Assembly: GCF_000150275.1 (NCBI RefSeq)
Contig: NW_002060945.1
Location: 7,059,607-7,123,606, forward strand
Direction: 5' to 3'
From: Trichoplax adhaerens
Taxonomy: Eukaryota > Animalia > Placozoa
DNA: 64,000 nucleotides
Below are positions 41,501 to 53,600 of this stretch, piece after piece. The notes beneath the pieces are model-generated. The model was not told the DNA's origin and ran no database searches. It worked only from the letters and a program-made list of their open reading frames with translations. The first letter of the stretch is position 1, and each line of letters opens with the position of its first letter. A program made the translations under genes and the position numbers.

Positions 41501-43264
41501 AATTTCTTCTCGAACTAATCTTATTTAAAATTATGTACATACTGTATAATTAGCAAAACTCTGATCCCGAAACTGCTACTACAACAGAAACACAAACTAC
41601 ACACAAAGGTTATAGATTTATAACTTACCCTTTCAATAAATAATTATATTTTGCGATAATTCGTTACTGTACTATAATTGTTAATAATCAAGCTATATAG
41701 TAGTAAAATTGTGTAATGCTTTTAATATATTTAAACCAAAGTGTTAATCTAACATCGTAATGCAGTTAAAAATCTTACCGCCTTCCATGCGAGCTGATTA
41801 CTTTATAAAATTCCATACCCATAGATATTCGATATCTTTAGGTTATAAACGCTTGTAGCTATTTTGTCATATAATATTTATCTTCGTTTGATCATTAACA
41901 GTTGATATAGTCCCTGGATCTTTAAGTAATTTACGCAAACGTTTTGAAAAGAATGCGGTAAGTACATAAAATGGTAATAAAAGTATTTCATGATCTATCT
42001 TTCCCACTTACAAATGCATACTTTACTCCGCGATGTGATATTTACGGTCATTTAGCAGGTAATCGTTTTCGATCACAAAAAACATACACAACTAGGCTAA
42101 CAATACAGTAACATGCGTGATATTGTGACATAATACCTATCTAAGAACACAATGGAGCATGTGTTGGATTATTACTACTGAGTTTTAAGTGAATTCGCAA
42201 ATAGCTAGCACAATTATTAGCAACTCTAGAGCAGAAAAGTTTATTGAAGGTCGTTTAAGCAGCAACAAACGTACGGAACTATCCAGTCTCTGAATAGCGT
42301 AAATGTATAGTACTGTTTGAAGCCTCGCTAATTATATGCCTTCGTGCAGTACTTGCTTTATCTGAATAATGTAATGGCTTTTGCCTAGACCGCAGCATCT
42401 GAAGCCTATTCTTTTGTAGCAGCTGATTTAACATCGCATCAATACTGATGATGAAAGTAAATTTTTAAATCGTCCTTATACCATTTGAATTTAAGGAAGA
42501 AGAAGTCAAAACGGAAGCTGAAAGATCCATAGAATTATCTAACAATCCCGAAGCCACTCAGGCCGAAGTTAGAACTTAGTCGTTAGATTATTTCATCTTC
42601 TTTTATCTGTATACATCATTCAAATCGGGCTAAATGATTGCATTTTGGAATAATAGACGTCAACATCTGTAAATGAACAAAACGAGGCTCCAGAATGTGA
42701 TCAGCATCAAATAGACCAACAGCAAGAACTACAAGCAACTCCTGAACAACCTCCTTCCAACGTTAGTGACGTAATGAAAATACATGTTACCTACTTTTTT
42801 ATCAACTTATTATCTTATAATCTAAAATGCTAAGAACTTAAACATACGCGTATAGCTATAGAAAACCATCCTAACGCCAGATTACTACCTAATATTCACT
42901 TTATCAGGAATCAGATGAAATGGTTAAACCCCAAGAGGCTGCAGCAGATGCTAAAATAACAGCAAAAGTTATTTACGACTACTCAGCAGGTCTGCTTAAT
43001 AATGATATCTAACTCTTAATACAGTACTTTAGTATATACAAATGTTAAGATATATATGTATATATATTGTAAACGTTCTTGCATAGACAACTAACAATAA
43101 TATAATTACTGATTAATTATATGCAAGTAGCTGATGACGACGAAATCTCATTAGTCATTGGAGAGACCGTCTCTAACATTTCAGTAATAGACGAAGGATG
43201 GTGGTATGGAGAATGCAACGGCAAAAAAGGAATGTTTCCGGCAAATTATGTTGAAACTATCTAA
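35561..43264 (+). CDS. CTTN: Cortactin / HS1 family actin regulator with ~7.5 cortactin repeats and C-terminal SH3
   Basis: The N-terminal acidic domain is MWRAG...[11 protein letters not shown]|[19 protein letters not shown]. There are eight GGxFG/GGKYG repeat cores (38346-41420), a helical segment [10 protein letters not shown] (~41902-41957), and the SH3 domain AKVIYDYSA|ADDDEISL...[24 protein letters not shown] (TAA 43262-43264). Confidence 0.96.
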
Positions 43265-44369
43265 TAATTTTTGATAGGACGTAACACTTATGTTGATTAG
43301 TCTGATTAATTATTAAATATTAATGCGACAAAATAGAGAGCACTATTTTTTTGTGCGACAAATAGTATAGTACAATAATAATAGTTTACGTAATTTTACG
43401 TTTAGTGGAATATGTTTGATTACATTACCTGAAATAGAACAGTTAAAAAAGTCAGATTAGCTTCGACACCGTATAGTTTTGATTATCTTTTATATTTTAA
43501 TGAATTTATACAGTATATCATTATATCACTTTATGATCCATATTCCGATATTGATGAACAATGATCACAACAAACATTAACAAATACAACGTAAATACAT
43601 ACTGGCTGAAATACACGTTACGTAGTGCGAGTTACTAACAAAATTCGGCTTGGTTCGCTCAAGTAAGAGTTATAATTATAGCATGTTCGTATCGTACTGC
43701 AGAAATCTGATCACTATGAATTAGGATGCGGTATGAGTTCGAAGAAATAGTTTAAATAGTAACGTACGTAGGTAGCTATACAGTACAGTAAACCACTAGA
43801 TTAGATAATATAATATCAACATTACAATAGAAATCGTAAAAGCTATTTCATTTTTGCCTTGCTTACAATTCAACCGTGTTGTACATCTCATACATATACC
43901 TTGTACCATGTATACAATGTGTATCAAAATACAACTTTTTACTAACAAATAAAAGAAATCTTTAACTTCTTTAATATTCGTTTTACCTCGATTTCACTTA
44001 TTCAGTGTTGTCTCATCAGTAAGGTAGATATATTATACATTATAAAAGTACAAATTCAAAAGATGATAATCCTTTATACCGTTATTACAGTAAATTATTC
44101 CTGGTCTTCATCTATAATACATTCGAAGAATAGTATGTGTGGAAGCAGTAATTCGAATATCAAGGAAATACGACTAGTCAAGATGAACTCATTGTCGTCT
44201 TTAAGATAGCACAGTAAGTAGCATAAGTCATTCGCAAAACCAAAAAGCAGATCATATGGAAATCAAATGTATTGATTTTAATTTGCGATAACTTATCTAA
44301 TACGGACAAATACCATACCCCTAATAATAAAGCAAACGCCAATGTAGTACTCCATTTATTATTATATTA

Positions 44370-47300
44370 TCAACCAATAAAATTCTGCACAATAAGCTCA
44401 ATTGGTCTGCGACAAATTGGGCATTTTTTCCGTCTACGACGTAACTTTTCCGCACAATTGTAACAACAAACTTGATGACCAATACCTTCATTTATATGAA
44501 TAATACTTGCCGATCTCGGCTCAGAAAGGCAAATCATGCACATTCCATCAACAGTACTCAATCTCTTGTTTGACGCCGACTTGTACCTTTTAAGCTGACG
44601 TGATATTTTGCAATGTTTCTTCTTCCGTTGCTCCTTCTTTAATCTATTGTTGCGATTATTACTTCTAACAGGTGAATCAATGTGACTCTCCGAGCCAGAA
44701 CTATCTGATTCTTGCCTTAAACTAAAATCTATACTACTATTGGCAGATGTCGAAAGCTCCAAGTCATCATCTTGAGGTATCAAAGATAACGTACCGTCAT
44801 TGGTATCGTCTACAGCAATATCGTCATCACTAGGTAACCAATTTTCACGTAATTTCCAACAAAATGCACAATTACGAGCAATTGGATTATTTAACTGTTG
44901 GCAATACAAACACTTCCAGTGATCTTTTTCACCAATCTCTGGATCATCATCTCCAATGTTGTCGGCTGAATTTCTTTCATCCTTGATGCTCGATATTACT
45001 TCGACAACATCCGAAGAAGAAGAATTTGAATATCCTGAATTTGGAGCATCGGTTTCACTATCTGTTACTGGTTCCAATTCAAAAGTTGGATAATTAGTGT
45101 CCTCCAATGACCAGTCATTTTCTTCTGGTTCCGAAGCTGTACTGGTCTCATACCCAACGACAGAATCGAGCTGCTGCTGTACTTGAGCTTTTAATTTTTC
45201 TAATACACTAAATAATGTGGGTTTACTACCCTTGGCTACTTCTGTACTATCAGGAATCTCTTCTTTTGTTAATGAATTGTCATAGTGAGCCTGAGAATTC
45301 TGTCTTGATCTCCAGTCAACATTTATGACACTTTGTTCTAAAAAATAAAAAATAATGTCAACAAAATAGCGCTTTCATATCTGTATCTACTGAACAAATA
45401 ATTCTTCAGGTCCAGAATTACTGTATAATAGATAATTCATAAGCGAATTACAAGTTAAGCAAAGTACAGATAAAATTTACATAAAAGTAATTGAGAAGCG
45501 AAACAATAACTGCTTACAACAAGTGTAAAATTGTAAATAAATTCTAAGGATATAAGCATTGTAATTGTGTAACAATAAATACAGGAAGCGTTATAAAACA
45601 TCTAAAGTACTGTATAACAGCAGACAAAGGGTTTTTTCGTAAATTTCAGTAGTCCACATATACAACTTCCAATACAGTAGCTTATATCAAGGCAAATTAA
45701 TAATTATAATACTTGTACTTGTACGATACACAATCATAGCAATGCATTCTGTAACCATTACATAGACTACATAAATTACAAGAATGGCATAAAGCTTAAA
45801 TCAACGCTATACGGTAATATGGAGGGCATAATAAAATTAATCTTGAAATAATGTCTCTCTGTGTATCACTGCTTATCATTATTAAGAGCGCACTACATGA
45901 TCACGAGAATGGATAATGATGATTGCACCTAGTACTGCGATGTTACTTTTTCTGAAAACGCAACAAACTTGAACTACGTGTATAACGTGACTGATTAAAT
46001 TTATTTTCTAGAGTAAAAGCTGCTCTACACTTTGTCTCAATATACCGGCAACATTACTAATCACATAAATTACCGTTCGCAACCGGAACAACCTCTAGAT
46101 GCATTTTTAGTCGATCCCATAAATTGGCTACCGGAAATTGATCACAAGAAAGTAATTTTTCCAAAGGATCTCCTTTACAATCCACATAATCCGCTCTAAG
46201 AGGATTACACAACTTACGGCTAGATATATAATCAATCAGATATTCCATTACCTGCAGATATCAAAATAAGTTATGATTTAATATAATTTTTTTAAAATTC
46301 TATTTAATGATTACTGAAGCATTTTTTATCTGGCTAATCAGTGAATTTACTATTATTCGTCAGCAATTTTATGCAAATTCTGATTTCTTAATCTATTGCC
46401 GTTCAATACACTCGATGTATGATGAATAATATTAAGTAATTAATTGAACCAACTGACCTGTAGAGCTGTAAGTTCTTTACCATTCACATTTTCTGGAGGC
46501 AGAAATTGCATCAATTCGGCATTAGGCTTGACCACCTATAAAAATTGAAAATAGTGTTAAACTTACGAGTACGATACTTACAAAATGAATGAGTTAGAGT
46601 GCAGTTTAAATTTCACATATTAAAGAAGCACAAAGAAATTGGCATTAACATTGATAGTATTGATTTATGCTATCAGTCAAGATATAACAATTGATTAATT
46701 TCGAAGGTGAGGTAAAGCCATGAACTATTAAAATTCTATTTATTACTAGATATGACTGCTAAGACCGTAACCTTCGAATGCAGAATGCTGATATTTATAA
46801 CAGCATATTGAAAATTTTGAATGCCTAATGTAGTCTGAAGTAATGAAAGCCATCCACTATATGTAACGGCGTAGAGCAGCTAAGAGGTCATGCAATAATA
46901 GAATCAATGAATTTTGTAGTCATCCTTGGTTTACACGTATACTCGTGACACTTCTATAATACTCTTAATCATATTCTCTATGATCATTTTCTATTACATA
47001 GTTATCTACTGTACTGTACTGTACAATATCAGGTATTGTTGTTCGGCAAGGAAGGACTTGCGCGAATAACCATACTAATTTGTTGAACCCAAGTCAAGGC
47101 GCATTTACAATGGAGTCGGTGTATGCGATTTATTTTCTTTTTAAGTTTTTCATAATACTATTATTGTCAACTCACTACTTTATCGACATCAATGAGCTTA
47201 TTTCAAATGTTGTCCTGTACCATTCGTAGTTTTCCTACTACTGTATTGAAGGATAGCACTATCAAAAGTTCCAATCTACTGTAGGTGATTGGCTCAAGCT

Positions 47301-47686
47301 GACAGACAGACTCGTGGTCATCTTGACTCTTGGTGCAAATATGCGATATTTATTGCACGGTGACATTAACAATTTTCGAAACTTCTTTCTATCTATGTAA
47401 CAATTTCATTTTCATCAAAGTAAAGGTGTAGAGTACTTACAAGACGGTCACCATTATAACTGAAAGGATCTCTATCAGAAATGACAATGCGATTCTTTTT
47501 TATTTCCTCGTTCAATTCTCTGCTTCCATTATCATCCATCTTCTTGTGAAAATTGTCGTTGCATGGAATCGTTGCACTATCACAACTTGCCATTGGTTGG
47601 TTTCTTGAATTAATTGATTTATCTGTACAGCTTTTCAAGTTAACCGATCCAATACCACTCTGGCTAATTACACCTTTCAATTCCAT
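44370..47686 (-). CDS. MDM2: MDM2/MDM4-family p53 E3 ubiquitin ligase, at least 4 coding exons (47686-47441, ~46535-46458, 46251-46074, 45337-44370)
   Basis: The SWIB/p53-binding domain reads VVKPNAELMQF...QVMEYLIDYISSRKLCNP...VDCKGDPLEKLL. It is followed by an acidic region, a RanBP2-type zinc finger WKCLYCQQLNNPIARNCAFCWKLR, and the MDM-type C2H2C4 RING CMIC...H...GHQVCCYNCAEKLRRRRKKCPICRRPI with a terminal aromatic residue (NFIG*). Confidence 0.95.
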
Positions 47687-48220
47687 CTATCTTGACGTTT
47701 GTAATAACTCTATACGCTAAAAAATAATACGTCCACTCGTCCACAAAACGACACTGTGCAACTTATCTACTCTATCGGTATTTTTCTCTATTCCACTAGT
47801 ATCTAGCTTAACCAGTCTCAATTCGAGATTTTTTTGGTTGAATTTTTATAACATTACTAGAACATCATTCATACTTATAACTTCATTTGCTGCTATCGTC
47901 TCCATCAATTTTAATCCAGCTGTTGAAGCCATCTTGATCAAGGATTTCTTCCCTTTTCTTTCTTTGCTTCCAGCAATTGAATCCAATAATAACTTGGATC
48001 GCAGTGAATTTTATATCAATATGTACCGTATCCAACTAGAATAGGGTACACATTCCAATACAAGTCAATCAGAAAATCAATTTAGGAATTGCTGCTATTT
48101 GGTTCAAATTGTCAATCCGTTTCTATGGAGTTCTGCGTGTAAATGACTCGCTTCCACTTTGAATCCTGTAGCTGGCTTCAGTGGAACTGGTTGATTGCTT
48201 TCGTATACGATTTGATATAT

Positions 48221-48324
48221 CGTACAATACGGTACTGTACGGTACTGTACGGTACTGCACGGTACTGTACGGTATGGTCTGGTTCGGTGTGGTACGGTAC
48301 GGCGCGGTACGGTACAGCACGGTG
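48221..48324. repeat. (GTACG/GTACT)n pentamer tract upstream of MDM2
   Basis: (GGTACTGTAC)-type decamers x4 (one variant) followed by GGTACGGTACGGCGCGGTACGGTACAGCACGG. CCAAT boxes lie at ~48397 and ~48412. Confidence 0.85.
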
Positions 48325-48802
48325 ATCGCCATGGCTAATGACTGTCTGACGATAGCGGGATAGGAGTCAGTCCTAGATAGGACTCTCATTGGGTCGATTG
48401 GTAGAAACCGGCCAATAACAGTACTGTGACTTCAAACTGAGTCAACACTCTATGGAGTAGTAGGAGAACTATCTTGTCCGATCAAGGATAATAACAATCC
48501 ACTTGACTCACGACCATTTTCTATTATTTGCTTATTTTTACACGATTATTTTTTTTTTATTTTTTGTTATACTGTATAACCGTAATAAGAGTAAACACAG
48601 CCAAATTTTATGGAGTGAGTTTACAGCAACTTTTGACTGAGATAATCGATTGAAAGGAAATTAATCCCACCCATCTTCTTGAACCCCTTCACAATTTTAA
48701 TCCATCGACTCACATGATGTCAAATGAGTCTAGAAATATGGATTGCATAATCGGTAGAATCTGAGATGCAACGATATTGCAGGCTAGTTGCCATTCCAAT
48801 AC

Positions 48803-48822
48803 GGGCTTGCACGAGCATGTCT
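48803..48822. promoter_or_regulatory. Candidate p53-family response element upstream of MDM2
   Basis: GGGCTTGCAC+GAGCATGTCT gives two RRRCWWGYYY half-sites with zero spacer and a 19/20 match. Extra imperfect half-sites are at 48781-48790 (AGGCTAGTTG) and 48849-48858 (TTGCTTGTCC). Confidence 0.65.
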
Positions 48823-50635
48823 GCTGGCTATCTATCCTAGTCAACAGATTGCTTGTCCAACATCATTTCCCTGCAAATGCTTACATAGAGATCTTTTCTC
48901 GACAGTTACTGACTGCCCATCGAGCGCTACCCTAGTACAATAGTACACAAGAAGCAAGAAGTATGAGGGAATGGACAGTGAAACAGCAATAGTATGCATC
49001 GCCATTGCACTAGTTTAAGGCGCAAAAGTCCGATGCAAAGCAAAGGTGCCAGCGGAATCTGTACATACCTGCCCGCTGGAAACTGATTTTGATTGGGTAA
49101 AAAAAAAAGCGATGTTATGAGAGGAATTTGTTATTCTCGCGATTCGATTGGTCCATTTTCTTCGCGCATACTCAATGTTGATTCATCACGCAGGCGTCAA
49201 AGAACTACTACAGTACAATACAGTCAAGCGCACAGTACAAGTACTTATGTACTGTACACTGTAAACTGTAAAGTACAGGACAGGTCGGGGGTCTGCTGTT
49301 ATAGAAGAAGATGCCAACTATAAATGGAAGACCTTCAAGTCGGCAATACTGTAGATACCAAGTATCAAAATTTTTTTAATTTTGCTGTGCATCTTCGCTA
49401 ATATGAATCATATTGGTAAATTGCATTTGCAGTTAGAGCTTGAAAGTACGGTGCTGTACACAGTTTAGTGCCGAAACAACTAGAATTTACAAAAGCAGCT
49501 ATGAGCATCTGTAGACTAATACCATGGACTACTAGATGCACCTGTAATGGAGTAGTCCATGGCTTCATGCTAATATTGTACATTTGAAAAGCGACAGGTC
49601 TGCTGTCCGTCTGCTAGACTTCTTCACAGTTTCTCTCAAGTGATTCCTGCCATGGACTACTACAGCAAACCCATACCACGGATGTTACGGATGTAACGCT
49701 GTTAGAATACGCGTATATACAATAATTAGTCTATCGACTACAGAGTTCAGCTGCCGTATTGCCCTAAATGATATCTTTAAATTAAATTCTTCAGAAATTT
49801 ACGGTCTGTCCAACCATTTTACAAGTCACGTCATAATAATCGTCTAATGAACGGCAACCAGAAATGAAAAATAGATACGAGATTACTACAGTATTGACTA
49901 GTACAGCAGTGAATGATTGACAATTTCACAACGAAATCGACATCTGTCCATGGTATACGAGTACAGTACAAGTTGACAAGTAATTTGCAATATCTTCCAC
50001 TCTAAAACTGGTAATTTACCATATTCCTTTATTAATTATACGCATATTAATAATTGCTATTGCGTTGACAGTCAGTCAAATTGAATAAGGATTAGCCTAT
50101 AAACAAATTCATCTATAAGCACTAACTTTTACCCAAACTTGGAATAATTTGTATAAACAGTTACATCCTAATTAGTTTTGTACAAAACTGCAATATAGTT
50201 GAAAATAAAGTCAATTAATTATAATTACATACTTATAATATATATAGTACATTACTGCAGTAGTCACCGTAATATATAGCACAGCAGAAGACGTTCAAAT
50301 GATAGAAAAGTGTGCGTATATAGAATAGTAGCTTACCCAGCCGACATATGCGCATTAGAAATGGCATTTACAAGGTATAAGATTGCTAATGGTAATTTAA
50401 ATGACAATTAAACCTTTCTACAGAAGGATTTACTTACTTTAACAATATCAGATATAAAAGATAGCTGACTCATATGCATTTCATATACTATACGTAGATA
50501 CGACTCCAATCAAAATGATCTAAAATACGAAGTCAATTATTCGTCTGAAACAGTAACGAATAACCGCTGGATAATTAGCTAGAATTATACGTTCATTTTA
50601 AAAGATCAATAGTCGGCATTCTTTTCATGATAGCA

Positions 50636-53600
50636 TTATAATCTCCATGATTTCTTAATAACAGCATAAAAAATATCATCGTCTAGACCAAATGCTAATC
50701 CAATATAGTAAAGTAGAAAATCCTACAGGAAGATATTCAGAAGTTAATAAAAGAGAAAAACAAGCCCTCCATACCCTTACTGTGGAAAGATACAGTAGAC
50801 GTATATGCTGCATTATAATTATTGACAGTACATGTGGCCTGTACTATAGAGATCCTGAAAATATTGTATTACAGCATAGTTATTCTATCAGTATATAGGC
50901 ATCCAAAATATCTAGTTCGATTGATTAAAAGATATTGCGGATTAAAGGCATTCTACTCCGATAGAATACTAAACACCTCCTAAATAAAATTCCGTAAATA
51001 ATGATACCTACCCAAAAGTAAACTCTTCCATGTACTATACTATCACCAAAGGATTCTATAAATTGTACCGCGTCTGTATGTGGCGAAATGTAATCTTCGA
51101 TTGGAGAAAAATCACAATAAAATATAATTATAAAAAAAGTAGCAATATAGCTCAAACTATTAAAAGATCATTTTACTAGTGCACAATAGTATTTGATAGT
51201 AATACATGAATAACATTACAGTACTGCAAAATGCCGAAATAAATAAAATGCATCTATTTCAGCCTATCCTACTTTAATAGGATGCTTTTCTGGTAACTTA
51301 TTCTAATTTTATACTGTCACTTCATACTTATTTTGCACAATACTGTTGTTTTTATTAGATACTTTAATTTCATTGATTTACTGTCTATTAAATGTAAGAC
51401 CTGATTAATCTGTAATCTTACCTGGTATATTTGTTAACATATTAGTCGGAAAGGTATAAAATTTCTTGATTTCAAATATATTAACGACACCTTGCTTGCT
51501 TGAATCTAGTTTCCGGAAAGCCTACAATTGCAAAATTAGAAGGAAGAAATAATTTAAATTCAAAATTACCTTATTAATAACTGTGCCATTTTTTCAATGC
51601 TTATTCTTAATTAACTTACTAGTGTATAGTAAGATCTTTTTTATCAAATTTACTTGATCTAACATTAGATAATAAGATCTCATTGCCATATGATTGAAAA
51701 CTTTCAATTATATTCCTTTCATTTAAAAAAACTGTCTTTGAATAGCCTAAGCTACTATACCGTCAAAAGCATAAACTTCCTCGGCATAGCCCTTAGTATA
51801 CATGCCGGCTAAAATTTACTGAATATGAATAACATTATTACCGCTTGCTGCAACTTTACATTTTATACTGAAATATTATTCTTAAAAATGTATATATCGG
51901 CATATGCATAAATTTTGATACAGCTAATGCTTTAATATACGTATATGCAAATATGTACCACTGAAATTGCATAAGTAGAACAGGTTATAGGAGTGTATTT
52001 AGCAACTAACTAACTCTATAATTTCATACCTTTCGTATCAATGAATGTTTAGCCTCTCCAATTTCACCAACCAATAGTTGCATGAAAAAGGAATAATCTG
52101 CGTGGGTGCTTTTCTCTATATCTACTTCATACCATAAAATCTCAAAATCCTAACAAAATTAATATTTGGATATTTCTTGTTACATGTATTGATATTTGAT
52201 ATATTAAAAATAATGAATATTCTCTTCTCAGTTCCATTCAACATCATCTCATTATTGTAATTGTAAGTTATCCTAAAAAGTCTATTCGCTTATAGCTACG
52301 CAGCGGTATGAGAATGTATTCGATAAGCGAACCTTGTCGGTGATATCTATGTGATATCGCTTCAGAGCAAGTTTAAATTGATTTTTGTCTAAAGTGGAAG
52401 TAGATTGGCGATCTAGAGTTCTTAGATACTGTCCCAACCCAATTACAGTCTTGATGCCTCGTCGTTTTATTTCTTTCCGAATGCTGTCTTTAATTTTAAA
52501 TTACAAAAGTAAGCATACGAGTAAGTTCAGATGTAAATTACCTTCGAGGATAATAAATTACAAAATGGATAAATAAGTCTATTATGATTATGAGTACCAC
52601 ACTGGATCATAAAATATACAATTTCGAATCATTTACGTCATAAAATTTCCTTTACAGATATACTAAGATATTTTACCTTGAATTGCTAGTAAATTAGCAG
52701 CATGAATATCATTTTCTACATCCTCTTTTACACTTTCTTTAACACTGTAACGTACCAAAATTTAAAGATATCGTAGTTAAAATACACATAACGTGCACCT
52801 CAGATTATTCCATTTCTCTTACGTTATCAACTACGGCAATAACTTTAATCTTATGTAAAAAATTTTATGATACGTGATATAAAGAATAGCAATTAGAAAT
52901 ATATACAAGTCGATACTCACAGAGCCGCATCTCTGGCATCCTCATCTACATTTGTAATTCGAAGGATTAAAAACTTTTTGGCTGATAAAGACTTTGGCAG
53001 TGTTGTTTTATTATTGGTTTCAAAAATTAAATTATTTCCCTAAATTAAATCAATATAAAATGTGTATGAAAGTCAATACCAGTTTTAGTTTTAGAAGTTA
53101 TATCCTTTCACTTCATGTCAATTGCATTCAATGAAGACTTAATATCGAACCCCTCTCTAACATCGATGTCAGCCTACTCTTAGAAGCCAAACAAGTAAAG
53201 TGATACACTTGAGATATCCTCTTGCAGTACATAATTAAATGCCCGTACCCAATACGATATAAAATATAAACGAGAAAAACTTGTGGCATTCTCCGTATGT
53301 GCACGCATTTTCTCACCGTTTGAATATCTTGTAAAGATATCCTTTTGCCCTGCTTTAATCCATAGAAATGGTTGTAGATATCACGTTGAATTAACGGTAA
53401 CGCTGTTGATCTATACATATTATTCATTGTTATATAAGTTTTTTAGAAGATGCACCTTCAAGTGCTCAGTTAGCATAGTAGCTATTGGCTGTTAACATAA
53501 GTAATATTTCATATAAACGTAAAAGCCACACTTAGTCTTAAATGTGGCCATACACCACTTCCAAGCGATCACAACTAGACTTTACCTGCTTCCGATTTGA

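Noticed and set aside
47044-47063. Possible p53 site CGGCAAGGAA GGACTTGCGC in an MDM2 intron
   Set aside because: Five mismatches to the consensus, which is expected by chance.
50925-51155. ORF read-through as the CAPS2 C-terminus
   Set aside because: A donor after ...VYFW joins a better terminal exon (50722-50636) carrying the calcyphosin C-terminal motif.
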